Source of the DNA: Moniliella sp. 'wahieum'
Lineage: Eukaryota
Direction of reading: 5' to 3'
Assembly: GCA_003971905.1 (NCBI GenBank)
Contig: RSEE01000126.1
Span: 124,001-173,855 of the forward strand
DNA length: 49,855 nt
In this document: positions 13,181-26,094 of the stretch, piece by piece
Position numbering within the stretch: the first letter of the stretch is position 1
Layout of the letters: each line of letters opens with the position of its first letter
Made by a program: the position numbers and the translations under genes
The notes under the pieces: generated by a model
The model's database searches: none
Told to the model about the DNA's origin: nothing
The model's input: only the letters and a program-made list of their open reading frames with translations

Positions 13181-13581
13181 AGCGTATCGACCAGCGCGCT
13201 CGTCCCCGCCGACTTGGAACAAGACAGAATGTAACTCAATGGTACCTGTGGACTGGTAACTGTTCTTACTGTGAACTGTGAACTGTGAACTGCGAGCTGG
13301 AACGTGTAACGTGTAACGTATAACGTGTTTATTTTCGCGGTCCATCTCCTTCTCTCGCCCCGACCTGGCTTTGCAGAGCCGACCGGCCAGGGGCAGAACC
13401 TTCAGGAGCCGAATCCGCAGTGGACAGACGCAGCGGACCGAAGCAAACGACAAATGCAGTAGGCAGAAGTGACAGATAGATGGATGGATGGATTGCATAT
13501 GCAAGGCAAAATCTGAACAGGGACGTATGAGAGGGTGCGAACTGTGCAAAAGGGCAAGGGGGCAAGGGGGCAAGGGGGGCG

Positions 13582-14412
13582 CTAATAGTCCCGGTAGGGA
13601 TGGGGGCGCGGGGAGTGCCGAAGGGAAAGCGACGAAGGAGGAGGAAGTGCGCGTGCTCGTTTCAGCGGCGTTGGCGGTGGTGGTGGCGGCTCGTGGGCGG
13701 GGAAGGAGCGTTTGGTGGCGGTTGTGGGCACGTCAGGGACCGTCGGTGCCAGTGGTTGGGACGGTTGGGATGGGTGCGGGGGCAGCGAGGGGGGCAGATT
13801 GAGCAGCTGCTCCCACTCGGCCAACTGGGCCAGAAGGGACCAGTTCGGCGACACGGCCGGCGAGAGCGCCTTGACGCGCGCGTACACGTCGTGCATGCGC
13901 GCGTGGCTGGCATGCATGATGTACGCCATGACGGCCGTTGCCGAGCGCGAGACGCCGCACTGGCAGTGCCCAGCACCCGCCCGCGCGCAGCCAGGTGGGC
14001 GTCAATCAGCACGCATAGCCGCGGAAAGCCCATGTCAGCCGCGGTTGCCAGGTCGGCCTGAGTGTGCGTCCAGGCGAGATGCACGGCCTCGCGGCCGGCC
14101 GGCACGGGGCACGGCGCATTCGGCAGCGACGGTGAGGACGAGGGTGATGCCGTAGCGTTCCCAGATGCGCGCGTCCTGCGCCCTGCGCTCGTCGGCGAGG
14201 AAGAGGCGGGGGTAGACCTCGACGGGGCCGGTGTGGTAGGCGGGGCGGCGGGCCAGCGCTGCATCCTCGCCGTCGGGCAGCGGGACGCGGCCGAGGGCGC
14301 GTGGCTGCTGAGGCGGCGCGAGGGTGAGGCGCGGAGGCGGGCGGGGGCGGCGGCGGAGGGAGAGGGAGAGTGCCGGGCGCGGCGGCGGCGGCGGGAGCGT
14401 GGGCGCGAGCAT
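13582..14412 (-). CDS. Dual-specificity (MAPK) phosphatase, Msg5/Pmp1-like
   Basis: GPVEVYPRLFL, YGITLVLTVAAEC, catalytic loop HCQCGVSRSATAVMAYIM (near 13920-13970) and SPAVSPNWSLLAQLAEWE. ATG at 14412 in ccgccATG context. Two apparent frameshifts. Confidence 0.85.
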
Positions 14413-15903
14413 GGCGGTGGGGGGGGGGGGTACACTAGAGGCCACAGCAGCAGTTATATTCCCTCGGTTGCCCATTTTCTCCTCTCGGCTGGTCCGGAGG
14501 AGCAGGGGCAGAGACTGGCGCCGTGCGTGCGCCCGCCGCTCTGCTCCACCTCGGCGCCACCCGCCGCGGCTGGAATACCAACGCACTCCACCACGCACAC
14601 AATCGCCGCCCCGCCAGCTCCGCCCGCGGCGGTCGCCCCGCCCGGCCCCGCCGCTGCTTGCCGGACACGGCGGCATGGCCTCCGGCACGTCTTGCCTCCT
14701 CCACGCCATCCCCTTCCCTTCGCGGAGGCGGTGGGCCCGACAGATACGACGATATTCGAAGATACTATGCCTCCAGCGCTGGCAGCATGCATTCCGCTCG
14801 GAGTCCGCGCGGTCGCCCCTCGTGCACGTACCACCTGCAACACCGCCTCCCCCAACGGTCCACATGTCCACTCCATGCCGCTTGCCTCTCGCAGCATGTG
14901 CCCGGCCGGGGTGGCCTGCTCTCCTCGCCACGCACATCGCTTGGCCGGCGTATGCATTGGCCTGCCTGAGCAGATGGTGCCCTGTGGCGGCTGATGGTTG
15001 CTCTCATCACTCTGAACAGTGCCCCGGAGGGGGAGGACCCTCTCGGTGTGGTCTGTGTTGTGGCCCGTGTAGAGTAGATGTTGCCTTGACTTCACGATCT
15101 ATATACTTGTGGTATATACAACACAATCGGAGGCTGCTGACCAAAGCACAGCAGTAGAGAGCATATCCCAGCAGCTGGGGAGCAACTGACCAACAATAGT
15201 ACTACAGTAGCAAGAACAGGAAAGAGGGGCCAGCAAGCTTTTAGTAGTTCCAAGAGAGCGATCGAGAGAAAGTAATACAAGGAGCGAAAGCACCAGAAGC
15301 GGCATCAAACGAGAGGTTTCTGTACTGTGCCTGCCAGGCTAGTATCTCGAGTCACTACTTATAGTCAACATCATGATGAATGATGCATGACGGGAGTGAG
15401 GTGTGTGGGTCGCGTGTTTGCATTTTCACCTGGGGCTTTTTTGGTCTAGCACCTCTCGGCCGTTGTAGCCTGCAACTGGATAGGCAACCTTGTCATCTGT
15501 CTTCTGTCATCGATGCCATCCATCAAAAGGCCATTGCAACTGCGCTTCACGCCCGCTGAGACGAGTCGTATACGAGAGGCAGAGGGCATTGAGTGCGGCT
15601 TGGCGAAATAGCACGGGAATAAGTTCAATGGCGGGGCCCAGAAACATGGGACAGGCTGGACGGGGGGGCCGATATGACCACAGGCAGCCTCCTGAGGCCT
15701 GATCCTTCATGAGTATCGGGCAAGAGAAGCATTCATACTAGTGTGCTGTCGCAAGAGGGGAACCATATTGATGTGTGACCGAGGATTGTCGGGGCCGGGG
15801 GGAAAACCAAGAATAAGAATAGAGAAGGCAAGAGACGAGAAGAGAAGAGAAGGCACCACATTGGCGAAACGGTCGCGAACCATGCAGCCGCTATACAACA
15901 GTC

Positions 15904-16756
15904 TTACGGCAGAGGAGGGGTCGGTTTCTTCTCCTCCCCACCCGAGCTGACGGGGATGAAAGCGGCCTTGGCAGTCCGGCTGGGAATCGCCTTATTGGCC
16001 GCTCGACTCGAGGGCAGAGCAGCGGCAGCTGGTGGCTTGCTGCCATCCGTTTCCGTCGGCCACGTGGTACGCAAGCCACTTCTTCTTCTGCTTGAGGATC
16101 TTGCTGACCGTCGACCGTTCCACATTGAACGCGGCGGCCACATCGGCCTGGCGCATCTCAGGGTTCATCTCGGCAAATTGGCAAATCCGTTTGCGTATCC
16201 CGCCGTCGATTCGCGCCTTGGGCCGCTTGGGCGTCGGCGGCAGCATGGGCACCATGGACGACGCGCCTTCGAAAAACGGCGGGTCGGGCACCGCTTTGCC
16301 ATCGCAGCCGCATGTTGCGCAGCTAGACCATCCCGTCTGCCTACCCCACCACGCTCGCGCCTGGCCCAATGGAAAAACGGACCGAGGCCCGCACGGCCAT
16401 CGGGCCGACTGAGGACCATGCCACTGGGGGCGGGTACCCGGCGCGGCCGAGGCCGTTGGCACGGTCAAACGGAAGCGGGGCTCCAGTCGCGTCGGGAAGG
16501 AGCCCAGAGGGATCGCGGTGAGACGCCTCCATGCCCGGGTACAAGTGGGAGTTGGAGGGGGGGTAGATTTAGAACGTCTCGGGGCCACGGACGGGGGCCG
16601 AAGACGCGGGGGCGCGGTAAGCGCGGCGTACCGCGGTCGACGTTGGCGTACGCAGGCGGCGGCATGTGGTGTCCGAGCGGCGGCAGGACAGCTGCTGTTG
16701 CGGCAGCGGCGGGGGGGGGGGTGACGGGCACTGTTGGGGTCGTCCATGGGGAGCAT
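15904..16756 (-). CDS. Protein with a CENP-B N-terminal (psq-type) helix-turn-helix DNA-binding domain; no DDE domain visible
   Basis: RKRICQFAEMNPEMRQADVAAAFNVERSTVSKILKQKKKWL at about 16070-16200, preceded by Pro-rich sequence. Start and end are uncertain because of frameshifts. Confidence 0.65.
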
Positions 16757-17127
16757 GCGGGGGGGAAGAAGCCATGGACCCCACGCCCGCCGGGGCCAAG
16801 GGGGGCGCCGGCGGGGGGGGGGGCGCGCGTTGGCGTGCGGACATGGAGCGGGCGGAGGGGAGGGAGGGGGGAGGGGGAGGGGGAGGAGGCGGTGGCAAGC
16901 GGCGATGGTCGATGGAGGCGCCTGATATGCCGGCCGGCAGTGGCGGACGCGGCACAGCCGGCCGGGGGTGTGGAGCGGGCGGTGTCGCAGTGGGCACATG
17001 CTGCGCAGGGCGCCGGCTGCCGCTTCTGCTCTCTCCTGCACCGCCCGGCCGCTGCCGCTGGACCGACTGGACCGACGATGGCCAGCAGCGCGTCCAGACG
17101 CGCCGACACGCCGACACGCCCGCACGC

Positions 17128-17165
17128 CCATACTCCCATACTCCCATACTCCCACACTCCCACAC
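17128..17165. repeat. (CCATACTC/CCACACTC)n 8-nt microsatellite
   Basis: ccatactcccatactcccatactcccacactcccacac read directly. Confidence 0.85.
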
Positions 17166-20100
17166 GCCAGGCGGCGATCCAGCGCCGTAGTCACTAGCAC
17201 GCCCCCGCCCACGGCCGGCGCGCTGCGATTGCAGACTGCCTGCCTGCCTGCCTGTCTGCCTGCTGCTGGTGCTGGTCACTACGGGGGTGTGGGACGCGGT
17301 TTGTCGGCGCGGGCGGCGTAATGCTGCGTAAGGCCAAGGCCGCGTCAGGACCGCGTGCGTCCCACATGCCACACGACGCGCCCGCGACGTGATGCGATGG
17401 CCTGATCACTCGACGTTTTCAAGCGGCGGGCGCGCTCTTCCCGCGTCCTGCCTCCTGCGCTCTCCCGCGGCCGGGCGCTGCCACACCGTAGTCATATCTG
17501 CGGTGTGAAAACGACTGTGAAAGCGCGTGTTGGTCTTCTGCGGCGCCCGGTTGCACCCTCTGTTGCATGGTACAACACAAGTTGCAGCAGCAAAGCACGG
17601 CCGCTTCTTACCGCCTGCCTTCCCCTCTCGTTTCGTCGCTTCCCAGGGGGATCTATGACGGGACGGGACCGAAAACGCATCGCATGGAGTAGGCTGGCCC
17701 AGCGCACGGCAGACAAACCAACTGTGGTATCGTCGAAAACACAACACTGGATCCATCCCACAGTGCGGGCCCTAGCGGCGCGCCAGGACTGGGGGAGGAG
17801 GGAACGGACTGGCTCACCGCGATCCCCCGGGCTGGGCCCTCCTGCATCCTGCCGCACAGAATGGATGGTGCACGCCCCAGTACTCAACGTCTCAACCCCG
17901 TCGCGCTCGTATTCGAAAAACTCCACGGCACCTGGAGGATAGATCGAGCAGACGGAAGATAGTCACTATGGCGAGGTTATGACTTCGTTTGACTATGCAT
18001 ATGTGCTGGGCCGCACTGAGCCTGTGAGCGCCTGAGCGCTGAGCCGCTGAATATGAATGCTGGATCGACTGAAAGCCAAGTGCGCCAAGTAATTCAGGGG
18101 GTCCAGATCTGAGATTCTGAGAACGCAGACTGAATACTGAGCGGTGGAGGAGCTGCCATAACATGCATAAAACATGCACAACATGTGATACCTGACAGTA
18201 GGCTGCGGGACACTACTACAGTGCAGTATCAACACCAGGCATCTGCATCACCTTCCGTCGAAAAAAGTGTCTACACACTCTCCGAGATAAAGGGTTCGCA
18301 TCCACCTGCTTTTCTGCCCTCTGTGGCCTCACATGCATCAGAGGGCCCTCCGTCGCTCAGGAAGACCATGGATTGCTGCTCTTGGAGGCGACTTTTGCTG
18401 TGGCGCGTCGCCCTTTTTTTGGACGGAAAACGGACAGTCTTGTATAGATTCAATCGCGATTCCATACGGCTGTTGAGATGATGCACAATATGAGGGTACA
18501 TTAACTATTGCCGGCACTGGGGTCAGCCTGAGGCCGAGGGCCCGACGTCTGACTGCCGCAGAATCCATTGCAGCCAGGTTACCGGTTTCCGGGTTACGGG
18601 TAGGATCACTTTGTGTGTGGTGTGATATAGTCAGTAACACAGGCAGGAGAATGGAGGGGAAACCCCAGATGCGTATATTCTCCGACGCGGGGCCACAGTG
18701 CATATCACCTGATCTGTTCCCTCCGATCCCGTCCAATCCCACACACACCATGACAGCCAAAGAGATCGAAGACGGTGACCGCGTGACCTCACAAACAGGG
18801 TTTTCTAGAACTCCCATCGATGCCTTGCAGTTCTATCGCCCCGCCACATAACGTACAGCAGGCGCCACTATACTGACAGAGGGCCTATATCGTATAGTGA
18901 TGGGCATTTACAAGTCAAGAAGGTGGCTGGGGAAGGGGGTATGGTAGCGACTCAATGATCGCGCGCACCAAGTAGACGGCGGGTTGTTGGTGGGAACTGT
19001 TGGATGAGGCCAAGTTCTCCCCTGTTCCCTCTCCCTATCGACCTTTTGATAGCTAGCGAGACGGTAGGATATATGATGCTTGTTCTGTTGTCGGCCGCGG
19101 CCCCCCCCTCCCCATTCCTGGAATTGACGCCCAGGCACCAGGGCAGTAACCCCCGCAGGGAAATGGGCACCAGAGCAGCGCTTATCTGTAACAGGGCAAC
19201 AGGCGCCCAACATCTCTTACAACCGTGCCCGCACCGGCATTTGCTTCGTTTTGCCACTGAAGAAGGTCGTCGTCTAGTGTCTCCTTGTCCTATACACTCC
19301 TGGGATCCCCCCTGAGCGCCTGAGCTATACGTCCTGCTGTACGTCCTGCTACTATGTCGAATCGTTAATCGTTAATCATTAATCATTGGCCAGTGGTTGT
19401 TGGAACCATACCCCACAACGGTGTAACATGTAAGGGCGCGACCAGATCGATCTCGGTTGTCGCCGTGGTTGGCATGCACAGGTGTGGGTACCCCACATGC
19501 AAAAAAGATGCCACATTTTGCCGGGCATCGGCCAGAGTACCAGCAGTGGGACTGTGTAATGGGCCCATTTGCCCGGATATGGATTAAGGCCTAAGGCCCA
19601 AGGCCCTAAGGCTTAGGCCCAAGGGTTCAGGATTCTTACTGGAGCTCAGGGAGCAACGCGCGTCTGGGAAGGATGCCCGTGTCCCACACTGTTCTAGGCA
19701 GAAGAGAGCCTGCTGCCTCGCAGCAGACGCCTTTACTAATTGTACCAACAAACGTATATGTTACACGCCGTCTTAGTTTTCGGCCCCGACGGAGCACTGA
19801 CAGCTTGGCGATCGATGTGACTGTTCCCCATTGGCACAGTCTGCACAGAACATCGCACACTAACTACTCTGCCGCATCGCAACAACCCTGCTGGACTCGA
19901 AGCTTGCAGCTTGATGCCGATGCAGGTGCGGTATCAGGTACGTGGGTGGCAGCGCTGATACCGGCGCAGGATCAGGACTTCGCCCTGCGTCTTGAAGCTT
20001 GAGCTGGAAGCTTGGGTTAAAGCTTCCTTGACAGACGCCCAAAAAGGCGCAACTATAAGTGAACTGATGCCCTCGTTCATCGTTCAGAACGGCTGCCCAC

Positions 20101-20477
20101 GCGACCAAGGCGGGTAGTTGATCTGTGTCCAAGTTGGTTGTGTTATTCTTTCCTCCGATCGCAGATCTCGCCGTGGTCGATGGCCCGTCGAAGAGAAGAT
20201 TGGGTGTGTCTGAAGCGGCTGGGACCACGTGGCGGCGGAGAGGAGGATATATCCCCGTGTCTGTGTGGGGGGCGTGAACGGTGACTAGTTGACTAGCAGT
20301 GACGGGCGAGGGCCCACGCAACCCTAGCAGGCGTGGCGCTGGGCAGACGGGCGCTGTGGGGCACAGCGCAGCTCGCGCGCCCAATCGCCGACACGCGATC
20401 CGCGATGCTCGCTACGCCCGCAGCGCTGCTCCGCCTGCCCGCCGCACCCTCGCCATCCCCTCGCCATCGCCATCGCC

Positions 20478-23400
20478 ATGGCCTCCGGTGGCGTCGGCGC
20501 GGGCGTTGGCAGCGACGTCGACGGCCTGTACGTGCGTGCGTTTGCGCCCGCCCCTCCGACCCCAAGCACACCACCCAGCTGCTCCAGCAGCGCTTCCGCG
20601 ACGCCTCGGCGCTGGCCGACGAGCTGGCCGAGTACTACGCCCAGCGCGCGCGTCTGGACCACGCGCATGCCGCTGCGCTTTCTGCGCTGGCCGACCAGCC
20701 TTTCTTTTCCGACCGCGACACTGCGCCCGCTGCGTTCCGCCCCGTGCTCGATGCGCTGGCGGCCGAGGTGGCTACGCTCGCGGCGCTCTACACCGCCCGT
20801 GCGACGCCAGCGACGCGGCGGACCGGCTGGTGCGCGAGACGCCGTCGCACGGCGCTTGGGCCCAGCTGCCGCCGTGCGAAGACCGCTTGCACGACACGGC
20901 GCGCGACCTCAACCTGATCGAGGCGAGTCTGGCGCGCGAGGCGCGCCACCTCGATGCGCCCTCGGCCCAGGTCCAGCGGCTGGCCCACGAGCGTGTTGGC
21001 GCACTGCGCCACGACCACGACAAGGCCGTCGCGCAGTGGCGGCAGGACGCTGCGCCCATCTTCCAGTTGGCCCAGCGCGCCGACGGCGAGCGGCTCGCCG
21101 CACTCAAACAGTCGGTCGTCTCCTTCCATGCGGCCGCGGCTACGCTCGCCCACCACCTTGGCCAGGCCGCCCAGCACGGCCTCGAGCGCATCGAGCCGTT
21201 TGCCATCGACCAGGAACTCGTACGCTTTGCCCACACCCCCACCAGGCCCGTGGTGTCTGTCCCGCCGGCCCTTGGACCACATTCGCATGCACATCCGCAT
21301 CCGCCTCCGCCTCCGCCTCTGACGCACCGCTCGTCCGGCCCCGATCCCACCTCGGCCCCTGCCGCGCCGGCTTTGGCGCACCCACGTGCCCGCCCGGCCT
21401 CGCTCTGGCCCCAGCCGTCCGGCGCACCCCTCCTCCCGTCCGAGGCTTTTGCTGCTGCCAACCGCAAGGCCGCCCAGGCCGCGTCTTGCTCTGCTGCCAA
21501 GTCGTCCGCCATGCCCATTCCGGCTCTGCCGACGCCCGCTGCCACGCCCGCGTCCACCGCCGCCACCACTCCCATGTCCATGGCCAAAGCCCACCCCGAC
21601 GCATACGCGAGTGCCGCCGGTGCGCTTTCTTACCCCAGCCCTGCTGGTGCGAGACAGCCGCTGTCGCCTTCGGAAGCGCTTGCCTCGGCGCGGGGGGAAC
21701 CGCGGCGACCGGACCACGCCGGAGCCCAGCCCGCTGGCCCGCTCGCCGCCGACTGAACCTGCACCGGTCAAAGGCGCGTTCCGCAGTGCGTTTGGTCGGC
21801 TGCGAAAACAGAGTACGGATCATGTGGATGACGCTATTGATTTCCCGCCCGATAAGGATAAGGATAAGGATAAGGATAAGGATAAAGAGAAGGATAAAGA
21901 AAAGGAGAAGGAGAAGGATGCTGAAAAGGATGGCGAAAAGGATAAGGACAAGCCCTCAACCCCCAGCAAACGACGAACACGCACCCGATCCTTCTTGTCG
22001 GGCAAACGAAGTACCAAGCTGTTCACTTCCTCGCCCTTTTTCCGCGCTCCCACCCCAGTCCCAGCGCCGGCACGGCCACCGCTACCGACGTCCCCGTGCC
22101 CTCCTTGCCCTGGCTCGACGCGCCCTCGTCCCCTCGAACTGCGCATGCTCATCTGGCCAAACCGGCCAGTTCCAGTTCCGCAGCGGCGCTGTCGGCCAAG
22201 CACGATCCCACCGACGCACCCTCCGCTACGCGTGGATCGCCCAACCCGCACCCGTACCCGTACCCGTCTCGGTCCCTGTCCCCGTCCCTGTCGCCGTACC
22301 CGTACCCGTACCATCCAAGCTGGCTGCGCCTCGGCTTCGGTGGCCTCCTTCCCTACCGCCTCGGGCGCAGTTCGGTGTGGTCGCTGGTACCTGGTGGCGG
22401 GGGCAAAGAGGCACCGCCGCCCCATCGCCCCGAAACGTCCCAGGCACTGTTATCGGCGCCATCTGGGCCTGCGTTTGGCCACGAGGACGCGTACCACACG
22501 ACATGATGGCCGCCGAGGGCATTGGTGCTCTGGCCCTTGCCTCAGGCTCAGATTCAGACTGGGACGAGGAGCAAGATCACATCCCGCTCGCTCGCTCCTC
22601 GCCTGCCCCCTTGGACCGCTCGGCCTTGTCGCCACCACCGCTGCCAGACGCGCCACCAGCTCCGGGATCCCACGACAAGACAACACCACAGCAGCAACCT
22701 CGCCTGTTTGGCTGGGCGCCAGCCTGGCCCCGCCGCCTCAGCGTATCAACCGACGACGCGCTTCCAGTCCTTCCGTGCACCCGCACCCAGGCGTCGCGGG
22801 CGTCGTCCCTCCCCCCCGTCCGGCTCCTGCCTCGGACCTGGCCGGCCAGCTCCCGCATCCCCGCCGGCGCCTGTCGTGCCCCCCTCGGCCCTGCCGGACC
22901 GCACAGTCGCATCTACTAAGCCCACCCCACCCGGCTTTGAAGCTTCGATCGAGGAGACGATCAATGTGTACTTGTCAGGCGACCGGGTGCTGCGCCACTT
23001 GGTGGTGGGCGAGGTGGTGGTCCACTTGGACGCCGACGCGGACGCCGACGCGGACACCAATGCGGCAGCCGGCGCGAACGAAAACGAAAACCCAAGCGGC
23101 CAGCTCGCGCGTCGCATCCGCCTCACCCACCCGGACCGGCTCGAGCGCGCAGTGGCCAACCCGGCCTTCCTCCACCCGGCCAGCACCTCTACCGAGTACA
23201 CCCTCGACTTGGCTGCGCTCCGCGCCCACGGAAGCCACGACGGTGCTCAAGTACCAGGTGCATGTGCCGGCCGAGGCAGACTCGGTATCGGTATCGAACT
23301 CGGACTGGGAAGCGGAGGCGGAGGCGTATGTGCCCGTGCAGGTGCAGGTCGCGTGGGGACAGGCGGGCGGGCTGGCACTGGCGGTGCAGTGCACAGCGTC

Positions 23401-23762
23401 GGGCGTGCTGGGCGCCAGGCTGGCCACGGTGCAGGTAGAGACGACGGGGCGCGGCGGCGGTGCAGGTGGAAGCGACGCCGAGCCCGGTGGTGTGTGGACG
23501 CCGCGTCGGGGCTCACGCGCTGGACGGTGGGCCTGCAGGCGGGGCAGGGCAGTGTGCGGGCGCGCTGGTCGCCAGCGCCGGGCCAGGCGCCGCTGGCTGT
23601 GCCCGACACGCCGATCAAGCTGGCCTGGGCGACGCCGGCGACGGCGCGGCGGTGGGGCTGGTGCTGGTGGGGGAGGAGGAGGCGGTGGTGGTGGGCGGGG
23701 CGCGCTGGACGAAGGCGGGCACGTATGTCGCGGCGGCGGCGGCGGTGGGCGCGGCGTACTGA
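20478..23762 (+). CDS. SYP1: Syp1/FCHo muniscin endocytic adaptor (F-BAR, Pro-rich linker, mu-homology domain)
   Basis: N-terminal YVRAF...LLQQRFRDASALADELAEYYAQRARLD (F-BAR-like) and C-terminal GFEASIEETINVYLSGDRVLRHLVVGEV (muHD-like). (Asp-Lys)n run at 21851-21950. Several frameshifts. Confidence 0.75.
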
Positions 23763-23902
23763 ATGTTAATGGAGGTGGTGGTGGGGTGTAGTTGTGGGGT
23801 CACGTGGGATGACGTCACAGGGGGCTGATGGACTGAGTACTCAGCTGAGTGCTGATGGGAATGCAGGTGAAGCACACATGGACTGATGCAATCAAACACG
23901 CG

Positions 23903-23911
23903 ATCTGATAG
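23903..23911 (+). promoter_or_regulatory. ATCTGATAG, candidate iron-responsive GATA (SreA/Urbs1-type) site
   Basis: One mismatch to the ATCWGATAA consensus, ~380 bp upstream of a siderophore transporter ATG. Confidence 0.4.
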
Positions 23912-24289
23912 GATCGATGTATCAATACCACATCGGTAGATCTCACATTCTCCATCTCACCCCCTTGCATTAGTCGCGTCTGATTGGCTAAAGCATGTGC
24001 TGCCCCCTGTCCACACACACTGGCGCGCCGTGCCTGTGCCCGGCGCCGCATCGGCGTGTGCAGTGCGTAAATGCAAAGCTAATTTAGCACGCACATGGCC
24101 TGCGATTTACTCCGCATACAGGCACCAGTATTATACGCCTGCTATTACACACGCGCCTCCTCTTCGTCCGCTTCGTCCTCCTCCTCCTCCTCCCCATCCC
24201 CATCCTCTTCCTCCCATCCCCATCCTCCTCCTCCTCCTCCCCATCCCCACCCTCCTCCTCCTCCTCCCCATCCCCCGCCCCCTCCCGCC

Positions 24290-26094
24290 ATGGCGCTCCC
24301 CCCCGACCGCCGGCCGCTGCTGCCCCCACCCCCCCCACCCCCCCCCCCCCCTCCCGCACCCCGCTCGCCACACCGCCGTCGTCTTTGGCGCCATCTTCTG
24401 CGTCTGCTTCGTCACCAGCCTCGAGGCAACACTGCCTACCTCTACTTCAACTGGGGCCTCAGCGAGTTTGGCGCCCTCGCCTCCTTCTCCACCGTCAGCA
24501 TTGCTCAGCAGATGGTGTACGCCGTGGTCAAGCCCCCCGTCGCCACCATGAGCGATGTCTTTGGCCGCGGGCCTGCCTTGGCCGTCGCCTTGGCATTCTA
24601 CGCCACGGGCTACACCTGCGCTGCCCTCGCCACCACCTTCCGCTTCTTCCTCACCGGCGTCGTCATCCAGAGCGCCGGCACGACCGGCATTCAGGTCCTG
24701 CAGAGCATCCTCATTGCCGACCTCACCACCACGCCCCGCTACCGTGGCTTGATGCTCGGTGCCATCAACCTGCCCTACCTCATCAACTTTGCCATTGCCG
24801 GGCCCCTGGCTCAGCTCGTCGTCCGTCACGCCAGCTGGCGCTGGGCATTGGCCTCTATGCCGTCCTGGTCCCGCTCGCCGCGCTGCCGCTGCTGGTCATC
24901 CTCTTTACCCACTCCGTCAAAACCCCTCCAAGAACCTCAGGACCAGGAAAGTATCGCAACCGCCAGCGCCGCCAGCGCCGCCCGCCGCCGTTGGGTCTAC
25001 CCCGCCGCCGCCCCCCGCGCTGTCGCTGCGCCACAAGTGCCGCTCCTTTGTCCAGTCGATCGATGTGGTGGGCATTGCGCTGTTTGCGCTGGGCTGGCTC
25101 CTGATTCTGCTGCCGCTGACGCTGCGGGACGAGATGAGCGCGGCGACCAACGCATGGTACGCCCTGCTGGCTCGGCGTGCTGGTGGGCTGTGCCTGGTGC
25201 AGACGCAGACCAAGACGCCGTTGGTTCCGTGGCGCGTGCTGCACAACCGAACGTGATGCGCCTGTCTCGTTGGCTTGGTCGACTTTGCTTCGTTTTTTCG
25301 CCTCGTGGACCTACCTCTCGGCGTTTGTGTCAGGTGCTCAAGGGGTGGGACCAGACCCGCACCGCCTACTTCTCCACCACGCAGAACATCACCATGACCT
25401 TGGTCGGCTTGCTCGTCGGCTGGATCATGTCGGCGACCCATACCTTTCGCAATTTGCTTGTTGCTGGCATCCTCGTCCGTCTGCTCGGCGTCGGTCTCAT
25501 GGTCCGTTTCCGCAACGCCCACGACCCCACTTTTCTCTGGGTGCTGTGCCGCTGCTGCAAGGCGTCGGTGGAGGCGCAGTGGCCATCACGATGCAAGTGG
25601 CGCGCAAGTGTGTGCGACCGAGGCCGACGTGGCGACCGTGACGGGCGTTCCAGTTGCTCGTCACCGAGGTCGGCGCCGCATTGGGCTCGGCCGCGCGGGA
25701 CTCATCACCTCCTCCACCTTGCCCCAGCTGCTGCAACAGAATCTGCCTATGCTCGCCCGAGATGCACAAGAAAATCTACGGCTCCCTGCCGACCGCGCTC
25801 TCCTTCCCACTCGGCTCGCCCGAACGTACCGGGATCATCACCGCCTGGGCCCAGGTCATGCGCCTCCTCTGCCTCGCGGCCTTTGGCTTGATGGCTCCGG
25901 CGCTGTACTTTGCGCTGCGCATGCCCAACGTGTCCCTTGGCTCGCGCGACGCCCCGCGTACTCCCTCTGCCGTCCCGCCCCCACTCGCGCCACCTCCACC
26001 TCCACCACCCACACCACCACACCCGCTGCCCGCCGACCGCTCCTGCCCGGCCCTATTCCGCACCAAGACGTTGGGCGCTGCTCCGCTGGTGTAA
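24290..26094 (+). CDS. Siderophore-iron transporter, MFS Arn/Sit/Str family
   Basis: AVVKPPVATMSDVFGR, LQSILIADLTT...RGLM...LPYLIN, IDVVGIALFALGWLLILLPLTL and C-terminal KKIYGSLPTALSFPLGSPERTGIITAW. Several frameshifts. Confidence 0.85.

Noticed and set aside
15400..17400. Active pogo/Tc1 transposon around the CENP-B HTH
   Set aside because: No DDE domain, terminal inverted repeats or TA target duplication seen.
21851..21890. (GATAAG)n as a GATA regulatory array
   Set aside because: It lies inside the SYP1 coding region and encodes an Asp-Lys repeat.
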